From the NCBI GenBank assembly GCA_964472765.1, contig CAYYNI010000001.1, forward strand, positions 1 to 43,404: a DNA stretch of 43,404 bases. The letters are read 5' to 3'. This document shows, piece by piece, positions 36,581-43,404 of the stretch. The position numbers and the translations under genes were made by a program. Positions within the stretch are counted from its first letter, which is position 1, and each line of letters begins with the position of its first letter. This DNA comes from an uncultured Thermotogaceae bacterium. GTDB taxonomy: Bacteria > Thermotogota > Thermotogae > MWEM01. Below the pieces are notes generated by a model. That model saw nothing but the letters and a program-made list of their open reading frames with translations. It was not told where the DNA came from and searched no databases.

Positions 36581-39500
36581 TTAATCGAACATTTCACGTA
36601 TATCTTCTGCAGAAATATGCTTTTCCAAGTCTGTCGTTTGCTCAACGACATCATTGACAATTTCCATCTTTTTCTGTTGGAGTTCCAAAACTTTTTCTTC
36701 AATGGTTGAAGAACTGATCATACGATAAACCATGACCGGCATGGTTTGACCGATGCGGTGGGTACGATCGATGGCTTGAAGTTCAACGGCAGGATTCCAC
36801 CAAGGATCAAGAATGATGACATAATCGGCTTCCGTGAGATTGAGTCCCACCCCCCCCACCTTTAATGTCATTAGAAGGATTTTTTGCTCCTGTTCAGTTT
36901 TAAATTTATCAAGAATTTGTTCCCGGTTCCTAGTGGAACCGTCAATAATCAGCCCGTTCATCTTGCGGATATTGAGTTCTCTTCTAACAATCTCCAACAT
37001 GGAGGAAAATTGTGAGAAAACCAACGTTTTATGCCCTTCAGATGTGATTTCTTCCAACAGTTCCATCAGTGATTCCAACTTTCCGGATCCGATTTGTTCG
37101 TCTTTAATAAACATTTCAGGATGTGTGGCGATTTGTCTCAGTCTTAGAATATGTTTCAAAATTTGGAATCGATTGGTATTCCATTCTTCTTGAGTTTGCG
37201 TCATTTCTTTCACTTCTTGTTTCACACGCATGTAGTAATTCACATACAGCTCCTCTTGATTTTGAGTCATATCGACGTAGAAATTCTTGATTGTCTTTGG
37301 AGGTAGGTCTTTTAAAACTTCTTCTTTTTTTCGCCTTAACATCAAGGGCTTAATTTTTTTCTGTAACTGTTTGTAATTATGCTCATAACTCTTCCGATAT
37401 TCTTTGTTCGAACCAAAAAAACCCGGAATCAAAAAGTCAAACAGGCTTTTTAAATCGTTAATGGAATTTTCAATCGGTGTTCCTGTCAAGGCAATTTTAT
37501 GTTTGGCGTTCAGTTTTTTTAATTCTTTAAAGGTTTTTGTCTGATTGTTTTTCAGGTTTTGGGCTTCGTCTACAATACAATAATCAAAGACTTCTTTGTT
37601 AAAGAAAACAGAATCATTTCTGAAAGTACCATAGGTGGTTATCCAAATATGGCAGTTCTTCTCTCTCAATTCGCTTCTTTCATTTTTCGTGCCATGATAT
37701 ATTTCGCTCTTCAACAAAGGTGCAAATCGCTCAATTTCCTTTTTCCAGTTTTTCAGTAAGGATTTGGGACAAATGATGATACCGGTCAATTCAAAATTTC
37801 TTTCAAAATAGGATAAGAGCAGGCTAATCGTCTGGACTGTTTTTCCCAATCCCATATCGTCAGCAAGCACACCATTTAAATTAAACTCCTCAAGAAATCT
37901 TAGCCAATTATAACCACTGATTTGATATTCTCTCAGTTTCCCATTGAAACTTTTAGGAATCATATATTCCTTAATACCAGAGAAATCTTGAGTCATACTG
38001 ATGATATTCGAAACCTTTTCATCAAGCTTCACCACTTCATATTCATCAATTTCTTGCAAGAGATCGAAACGATGCCAACCTTCTTTGATTGTCTTTTTCA
38101 TATTTCTTATCTTGCCGCTGAGTTTTTTCAATTTGCCAAGCTCAGCCTTATCCAGCCGGTAGAATTGCCCGTCAATCTCGATAAACTCATTATCGTTCCT
38201 AATCGTATCCAGAACTTTTTCAAAGGGCAATTCTTTGTCATCAGCCGTGACGTTGAAATTCATTTCAAACCAATCAATTCCGGATTCTACTTCTACATTG
38301 ACAACCGTTTTTGGATGATATATCTTAGTAAGCTTTTTATCACAATCCAAAACGACACAGTCCGAGTATTTGATAAACAGTTCATCAATAACAATCAAGA
38401 CATCTTCAAGGCTTAATTCCCAATTATAGCCATAGTTACCACCTTGAACCATGGAAAGGTTGGTACTGAGAATTTGGAGTTGTCTGTCTTCAAAATCATA
38501 ATCACGTATATACATATTCCCTTTCTCAACGTCCACCAGCTCATTTTTTTTATCTTCGGGCTTGATTCTGATACCTGAGTATGAAAACTCCAGCGTTAAA
38601 AGAAAAATATCACCCCTACGTTCAATAATCCATACTGCCTTTTTTTCAGCATCTTGGACTTGAAGGGGAATTTGAACATCCAACTCTTTGTCAAAATTCA
38701 CACCCATGCTGATTAAAGGAGCCAGAACGTCTTTTTTCACCGGCTCTTTTTGTAACTCCATGGGGTCCAACAATACCTTTGCAAGATTGCCTTTTCCATG
38801 ATACAGATGGCGTATCTGGTCCTGATTCAAGGGCGAACGAATGGGAAAAATAATGTCTTTTAAGATCAGTCCGGTTTGATTTGCTTCGCCATAAACTGGA
38901 ATGTATTTTCCTGAACTGTAATCGGAAGATTCAATGACAGAATCAGCATTGATGGTTATATTCTCCCTTTCATTGACAAATTGTAAATCAATCTGGTCGT
39001 TCTTCTTATTGAGAACCAAAGATAATTCGGGCCCGAATTCCATTTTTCTCTTTTTATGTTCAAAAAAAATGTAAGGATAACCCGAAAAAACCTCTTTAAA
39101 TTGATGAAAGTCTTTAATACTGAAGATATCGTGCTTGTACTTGATTAAGGTAAGAAACTGAGAAAACCGAGAATCGTAAAAAGAGGTTAATTCATTCAGA
39201 GATAATTCCCTTCTGCCCGTTTTGACAGGTATACCCTTAACACCAAGTTTTTGCTCATAAACAATAACATCTAAATCTCGTAACGTTTTATGAAGTTCTA
39301 TAACCAAAACCTTTGGTTCGTGTTGGCTCAACATATCGATTAAGTTTGAAGACTTTTTGGATTCTAATTCCTGGATAAAATTCTTAACAATGTTCTTGGA
39401 TTGATACTCTCGGTGCATCTTTTTTAAAAGGTTTAAACGATTCGCAGAATTATATTCGGTTTTTAGCTGTTCTTTATTCTCTAACGCCTTAATGATGAGT

Positions 39501-39802
39501 GCACCAATATGCTTACATATGTTCCCGCTTAGAAAGTTGGGGCATGTACAATAAAAGTGAATGTTTTTGTCACTAACCTCAATTTCAGTGAAATAGTCTT
39601 CAGTGCCCCTGACAAGGGCTTGAAATTTGATTTTTCCAGGTTCAACAACAATCGAATAATTTAAAATCCGGCCAATATTATAATAAATATTGGCTTTTTC
39701 TTTGACAGATGTGGGTAATTTTTTAAACGCTTCATACAACAGCTCTGTTTTCTTTTCCAACCAAACTTGTGTTTCTTCGTTTTCGAAATTTTTGATATTC
39801 AT
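36581..39802 (-). CDS. SWIM zinc-finger / SNF2-family helicase-like ATPase (YwqA-like).
   Basis: SWIM motif CTCPNFLSGNICKH. SNF2_N motifs LREYQ, ADDMGLGKTVQ and DEAQNLKN. Helicase_C motif DPWWNPAVELQAIDRTHRIGQ. The start is placed at ATG 39802 (GGAGGA directly upstream; residue M48 of the ORF-track protein). Confidence 0.85.
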   Translation of the reverse strand: MNIKNFENEETQVWLEKKTELLYEAFKKLPTSVKEKANIYYNIGRILNYSIVVEPGKIKFQALVRGTEDYFTEIEVSDKNIHFYCTCPNFLSGNICKHIGALIIKALENKEQLKTEYNSANRLNLLKKMHREYQSKNIVKNFIQELESKKSSNLIDMLSQHEPKVLVIELHKTLRDLDVIVYEQKLGVKGIPVKTGRRELSLNELTSFYDSRFSQFLTLIKYKHDIFSIKDFHQFKEVFSGYPYIFFEHKKRKMEFGPELSLVLNKKNDQIDLQFVNERENITINADSVIESSDYSSGKYIPVYGEANQTGLILKDIIFPIRSPLNQDQIRHLYHGKGNLAKVLLDPMELQKEPVKKDVLAPLISMGVNFDKELDVQIPLQVQDAEKKAVWIIERRGDIFLLTLEFSYSGIRIKPEDKKNELVDVEKGNMYIRDYDFEDRQLQILSTNLSMVQGGNYGYNWELSLEDVLIVIDELFIKYSDCVVLDCDKKLTKIYHPKTVVNVEVESGIDWFEMNFNVTADDKELPFEKVLDTIRNDNEFIEIDGQFYRLDKAELGKLKKLSGKIRNMKKTIKEGWHRFDLLQEIDEYEVVKLDEKVSNIISMTQDFSGIKEYMIPKSFNGKLREYQISGYNWLRFLEEFNLNGVLADDMGLGKTVQTISLLLSYFERNFELTGIIICPKSLLKNWKKEIERFAPLLKSEIYHGTKNERSELREKNCHIWITTYGTFRNDSVFFNKEVFDYCIVDEAQNLKNNQTKTFKELKKLNAKHKIALTGTPIENSINDLKSLFDFLIPGFFGSNKEYRKSYEHNYKQLQKKIKPLMLRRKKEEVLKDLPPKTIKNFYVDMTQNQEELYVNYYMRVKQEVKEMTQTQEEWNTNRFQILKHILRLRQIATHPEMFIKDEQIGSGKLESLMELLEEITSEGHKTLVFSQFSSMLEIVRRELNIRKMNGLIIDGSTRNREQILDKFKTEQEQKILLMTLKVGGVGLNLTEADYVIILDPWWNPAVELQAIDRTHRIGQTMPVMVYRMISSSTIEEKVLELQQKKMEIVNDVVEQTTDLEKHISAEDIREMFD

Positions 39803-39830
39803 TCCTCCAATTAAAAATTTCCAACTTAAT

Positions 39831-39839
39831 ATTCTATCA
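39831..39839 (-). promoter_or_regulatory. Extended -10 (TGaTAGAAT) for the SNF2 gene.
   Basis: The minus strand reads TGATAGAAT about 30 nt upstream of ATG 39802. It lies inside the spurious N-terminal ORF extension, which supports the shorter start. Confidence 0.4.
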
Positions 39840-39850
39840 TTTTTTTGGTC

Positions 39851-39878
39851 TTTGAAAAAATACCCCATTTTGTTATAA
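39851..39878 (+). promoter_or_regulatory. Promoter for the NifX-like gene.
   Basis: TTGAAA, a 16-nt spacer, then TGtTATAAT, about 40 nt upstream of ATG 39918 (RBS TGGAGG). Confidence 0.5.
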
Positions 39879-39917
39879 TAGTCTATATTAAAAATACATA
39901 TATCTGGAGGTTGTAAA

Positions 39918-40649
39918 ATGAAATTAGGCATACCGGTGATCAATGAAAAGGGTTTGAATTCAACCTTAAGCGAGCATTTTGGAAGAACACCCTTTTATTT
40001 ATTTGTTGATATCGCAAATGGGCAGATTGATACATATGATTTAGTTAGAAACCCCTTTGAACAGCATGGACCGGGGCAAATCCCCTCATGGGTACAGAGC
40101 AAAGGGGTTGATACAATGATTGTCAGCGGAATCGGAACAAGGGCTATTGGCTTTTTTACAAGCTTAGGAATTACAGTTGTCAAAGCAACGGGAGAAACTG
40201 CAAAAGAATGCATCGATGATTATTTATCCGGTAAAACCGATGACAGTGATCCTGCCTGTAATCATGATCATCACCATGATCACGAGCATCATTCAGAAGA
40301 TAATTCCTGCAAGAAAAAATACGGCATCATTGCTTTGACAGTCAAAGACAAATCATTAGATTCACAGATTGACGAGAGATTTGCACGTGGAAAAATAATT
40401 GCCGTTGTCAACTCAGAAACGGGTTCCATTGAATATTTGGATAACAATCCGGAGGAAGAGCACGGTGTAGGCCCAAAAATCATTGGATTTTTAGCAAATA
40501 AAGATGTTAATACGATCATTGCAAAAACTTTGGGTCAAAATGCGACAATTGCCGCCAATGAAGCTGGTATGAAAGTTTTTGAAGCCGTTATTGGAACCGG
40601 AAATGAAAATTTGCAAAAATTATGGAATGGCGAACTAAAAACTTTATAA
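39918..40649 (+). CDS. Tandem NifB/NifX-like (dinitrogenase FeMo-cofactor-binding fold) protein with a His-rich linker.
   Basis: Module 1 has SEHFGRTPFYLFVD..GVDTMIVSGIGTRA. Module 2 has DERFARGKIIAVVN..DVNTIIAKTLGQNA. The linker reads C-NHDHHHDHEHHSEDNS-C (40257-40310). Confidence 0.75.
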   Translation: MKLGIPVINEKGLNSTLSEHFGRTPFYLFVDIANGQIDTYDLVRNPFEQHGPGQIPSWVQSKGVDTMIVSGIGTRAIGFFTSLGITVVKATGETAKECIDDYLSGKTDDSDPACNHDHHHDHEHHSEDNSCKKKYGIIALTVKDKSLDSQIDERFARGKIIAVVNSETGSIEYLDNNPEEEHGVGPKIIGFLANKDVNTIIAKTLGQNATIAANEAGMKVFEAVIGTGNENLQKLWNGELKTL

Positions 40650-40701
40650 GCACCAAACGCTCTATTCTTTTTTTATAAAAAACCCTTCGTTGAAAAGTTT
40701 A

Positions 40702-40734
40702 AAAGGGAGAGGCTATGAGCCTCTCCCTTTTTTA
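40702..40734 (+). terminator. Strong rho-independent terminator after the NifX-like gene.
   Basis: AAAAGGGAGAGGCT-atg-AGCCTCTCCCTTTT followed by TTATTT. Confidence 0.9.
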
Positions 40735-40797
40735 TTTAGGAAATAAACCGAGTACAGTTTTCGTTATATTTACAGTTACCTTAATTTATAAGTTGAC

Positions 40798-40826
40798 TTT
40801 GACAAATATAGGTGAGTATATTATAA
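40798..40826 (+). promoter_or_regulatory. Perfect-consensus sigma-70/sigma-A promoter of the feo operon.
   Basis: TTGACA (40798-40803), exactly 17 nt, then TATAAT (40821-40826). The leader to feoA is about 35 nt with RBS AGAGGAGG. Confidence 0.7.
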
Positions 40827-40869
40827 TAAAACGGATGTATCATTTTTCACAATAAGAGGAGGTAAGACT

Positions 40870-41091
40870 ATGCCGTTGACATTTGCCGGAAAGGGCAAAT
40901 TTAAAGTGAATCGAATTAACGGTGGAAACACCGTCAAAAATAGACTTGCGAAAATGGGGATTATTGAAGGCGGCTTTTTGGAAGTTTCAAATGCGCATTA
41001 CGGAGGCCCTGTGGTAGTTCAGTTGCAAGGGGCTCAGTACGGTATTGGGATAGGAGTCGCATCCAAAATAGATGTCATCCCGGTTGCATGA
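40870..41091 (+). CDS. feoA: FeoA-family small protein, copy 1.
   Basis: 73 aa, SH3-like FeoA pattern (RLAKMGIIEGGFLEV). Confidence 0.85.
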   Translation: MPLTFAGKGKFKVNRINGGNTVKNRLAKMGIIEGGFLEVSNAHYGGPVVVQLQGAQYGIGIGVASKIDVIPVA

Positions 41092-41107
41092 ATAGGGTGA
41101 GTGTATC

Positions 41108-41341
41108 ATGTTAATGAATGAGATGAAAGTTGGTAGTTCAGGTATTGTGAAAGCCATTATAGCCAGTCCAATGATAAAAAAAAGACTGTTGGCAATGGGA
41201 TTGACACCCAGTACACCTTTTAGTATCGTAAAAGTAGCGCCTATGGGTGACCCTATTGAATTGAGTGTTAGAGGTTATCGCCTATCCATTAGAAAAAGCG
41301 AGGCTTCCTGTTTGGAAGTGGAACTGTCGGGGAATGATTAA
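41108..41341 (+). CDS. feoA: FeoA-family small protein, copy 2.
   Basis: 77 aa (RLLAMGLTPSTPFSIV...PIEL..RGYRLSIRKSEA). Its stop directly abuts the feoB ATG. Confidence 0.85.
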   Translation: MLMNEMKVGSSGIVKAIIASPMIKKRLLAMGLTPSTPFSIVKVAPMGDPIELSVRGYRLSIRKSEASCLEVELSGND

Positions 41342-43354
41342 ATGCACAAGATCGCATTAGGTGGAAATCCAAACAGCGGAAAAACATCCGTTTTTAATGC
41401 CTTGACAGGTTCCCATCAGCATGTGGGAAACTGGCCGGGAGTAACGGTTGAAAGAAAAGAGGGTGAATTAAAAATAGGCTCTGAGAAGTTTGTGTTAATT
41501 GACCTTCCGGGAACATACAGCCTTTCGGCAAATTCTTTAGACGAGAAAATCGCCAGAGATTTTATCATCGATAAAAAACCCGAATTGACAGTTATCGTTA
41601 TCGACCAAACAAACATTGAAAGAAATTTGTATCTGGTGTTGGAAATTATAGAAATGGGAAGACCTGTCCTTTTGGTTTTAAATATGGATGATGAAGCAAA
41701 AAAAATGGGAATTACTGTAGATGCAGATGGTTTAGCTAACTTTCTGAATGTTGGTGTTTGTAAAACGGTAGCGAACAAACGGATTGGAATCGACACGTTA
41801 AAAGAGCAGATTTTAAAGGCAGTAAATAGACAAGAAAAACCAAAGGTGTTGAAATTTTCAGAAAAAACCGAAAAGATGATTCAAGATATTATCCCTTTTT
41901 TCTCAGAATATGGAGAAGAATTAAGAAGATGGTTTGCCATCAAAGCTCTGGAAAAAGATGAACACATCGAAGAACTTATCGGAGAAAGAAAATTTAACCA
42001 GTTATCCGCCAAAATAGAGGAACTGGAAAAGTCCACCTCCAGTGAAACGGATATTTTACTGGCAGAAGAAAGATATGCCATCATTCATGGTATTGCTAAA
42101 GAATTTATTAAGAGGGTTTTGACAGAGGAAGATCGAGAACGCCTTTCAACAAAAATTGATTATGTCATCACCCATAGAATATGGGGAATCCCTATTTTCG
42201 TCGGAATTATGTGGTTAATGTTTCAACTCGCTTTTTTTGTCGGGGGCTATTTGGTAGATGTTGTGGATCATTGGTTTAGCCAGTTTGGCGAATACCTTGC
42301 TTCAGTAATGGGGAATTCTCTATTCGCAGCCTTTATTACGGATGCTGTTATTGGAGGGTTGGGTGCATTTGCCGTCTTTTTACCGCAGCTTTTTGTTCTC
42401 TTCCTCTTTATTTCTTTTCTTGGAGATATTGGATACATGTCACGTGCAGCATTCGTTATGGACAAGTTTATGCATGCCCTTGGATTACATGGAAAATCAT
42501 TCATCCCGATGATATTGGGTTTTGGCTGTACGGTTCCAGGTGTTATGGCTGCTCGAACTTTAGAATCCAAAAAAGACAGGGTCATTACAATACTGGTGAC
42601 TCCACTAATGTCGTGTGGTGCCAGACTTCCTGTTTATGCCCTTTTAGGAGGCATTTTTTTCAGCCCACACGAAGGAACAATTACCTTTTTGCTTTATATG
42701 ATTGGGATTGTTTTAGCCATCATTATGGCACGCATTTTTAAAAGCACGTTCTTTAAAAAAGAAGAAACACTTTTTATCATGGAATTGCCGCCATATCGTT
42801 GGCCAAGTGCCAGAGAAACTTTTGGACAGGCATTTAGAAACAGTTGGCAATTTTTAAAGAAAGCCGGTACCATCATATTTTTAGCTGTAATCATTATTTG
42901 GCTTTTATCCGTATTTCCAGCGGGTATCGATGCGTCTCCCCAAGATAATTACATCGGCTCTATCGGAAGAGTACTTGAACCTGTTTTTGAACCCTTGGGC
43001 TTTAAAGGATGGGAAGCGGGTGTTGCTCTGACTTTCGGAATTCTTGCCAAAGAAATAGTTGTTGGAACTTTTGGAACGCTTTTCACAGGTCAAGAATTTG
43101 GTGAGTTGGCTGAGTACGAACAGGTCGGCTTAAAAGGGAATTTGATACAGGGATTGAAAACGGTATTCCCGGATGGTGTTTCTGCTTTCTCATTTCTGCT
43201 GTTTGTCTTGATTTATACTCCCTGCGCAGCGGCATTGGCAACGATAAAGCAAGAAATCGGCTGGAAGTGGATGTGGTTTACAGCTATCTACTTATTTGTA
43301 CTGGCTTATGCCGTCTCTTTCGTTTTTTACAATATTGCAATCTTATTGATATAA
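41342..43354 (+). CDS. feoB: Ferrous iron transporter FeoB.
   Basis: 670 aa. The N-terminal G domain has GNPNSGKTS, DLPGTYSL and LNMDD, followed by the polytopic membrane gate domain. Confidence 0.95.
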   Translation: MHKIALGGNPNSGKTSVFNALTGSHQHVGNWPGVTVERKEGELKIGSEKFVLIDLPGTYSLSANSLDEKIARDFIIDKKPELTVIVIDQTNIERNLYLVLEIIEMGRPVLLVLNMDDEAKKMGITVDADGLANFLNVGVCKTVANKRIGIDTLKEQILKAVNRQEKPKVLKFSEKTEKMIQDIIPFFSEYGEELRRWFAIKALEKDEHIEELIGERKFNQLSAKIEELEKSTSSETDILLAEERYAIIHGIAKEFIKRVLTEEDRERLSTKIDYVITHRIWGIPIFVGIMWLMFQLAFFVGGYLVDVVDHWFSQFGEYLASVMGNSLFAAFITDAVIGGLGAFAVFLPQLFVLFLFISFLGDIGYMSRAAFVMDKFMHALGLHGKSFIPMILGFGCTVPGVMAARTLESKKDRVITILVTPLMSCGARLPVYALLGGIFFSPHEGTITFLLYMIGIVLAIIMARIFKSTFFKKEETLFIMELPPYRWPSARETFGQAFRNSWQFLKKAGTIIFLAVIIIWLLSVFPAGIDASPQDNYIGSIGRVLEPVFEPLGFKGWEAGVALTFGILAKEIVVGTFGTLFTGQEFGELAEYEQVGLKGNLIQGLKTVFPDGVSAFSFLLFVLIYTPCAAALATIKQEIGWKWMWFTAIYLFVLAYAVSFVFYNIAILLI

Positions 43355-43370
43355 TGAATCCGCAACAAAA

Positions 43371-43398
43371 AAAGGCCTTTCTTAAAAGGCCTTTTTTT
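43371..43398 (+). terminator. Rho-independent terminator after feoB.
   Basis: AAAGGCCTTT-ctta-AAAGGCCTTT forms a 10-bp perfect stem followed by TTTT. An A-run upstream makes it potentially bidirectional. Confidence 0.9.
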
Positions 43399-43404
43399 GT
43401 TAGC

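Noticed and set aside
39803-39943. A 47-codon N-terminal extension of the SNF2 ORF (MITGMPNFILQ...), which would overlap the divergent NifX-like gene start.
   Set aside because: The extension has no RBS and contains both divergent promoter elements. The internal ATG at 39802 is preceded directly by GGAGGA.
40263-40292. A CAT/CAC/GAT-rich tract, considered as a DNA microsatellite or slippage-prone repeat.
   Set aside because: It is an in-frame, imperfect run of codons (His/Asp/Glu) with no exact tandem DNA unit. It is better explained as a coding low-complexity metal-binding linker.
43371-43394. Two copies of the self-complementary decamer AAAGGCCTTT, which could be terminal repeats of a mobile element.
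   Set aside because: They are separated by only 4 nt, followed by a T-run, and sit right after the feoB stop. This is a standard bidirectional intrinsic terminator, and no transposase is nearby.

Overview
This is a 43.4 kb AT-rich chromosomal segment (roughly 38-40% GC by eye, not computed) from an anaerobic bacterium that uses the standard genetic code and strong GGAGG-type ribosome-binding sites. The 60-aa mono-cluster ferredoxin, the glutamate dehydrogenase, the TldD/PmbA pair and the very tight gene packing resemble Thermotogota-like or low-GC anaerobes. I cannot assign a taxon without a database search.

About 40 genes are densely packed in alternating strand blocks:
- Housekeeping: valS, rsmI, rsmG, mtaB, gdhA.
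- Peptide and glutamate catabolism: a GGT-family enzyme, an M18 aminopeptidase, pcp, a C-N hydrolase and tldD/pmbA.
- Signalling: a hybrid histidine kinase and a Cache-type MCP.
- A TetR-controlled ABC-2 exporter.
- A TetR gene upstream of a GH13 gene, with two matching operators.
- A Dak2-DegV fusion protein.
- A SWIM-SNF2 ATPase.
- A tandem NifX-like protein upstream of feoA-feoA-feoB.

I found no tRNA or rRNA genes, CRISPR arrays, transposases, integrases or phage genes, so the region looks like core genome rather than an island. I see no compelling multi-gene novel system.

The candidates most worth follow-up are:
1. A 704-aa FtsA/actin-fold ATPase carrying about five tandem 60-residue beta-grasp/S4-like modules. 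It heads an oddly assorted five-gene cluster.
2. A double NifX-like protein with a Cys-flanked His-rich linker next to the feo genes.
3. The single-chain Dak2-DegV (FakA-FakB-like) fusion.
4. The paired TATACC-N4-GGTATA operators embedded in two promoters.
5. A decaying ABC exporter pseudogene next to tldD/pmbA.

All functional calls come from motif recognition by eye and need HMM or BLAST confirmation.
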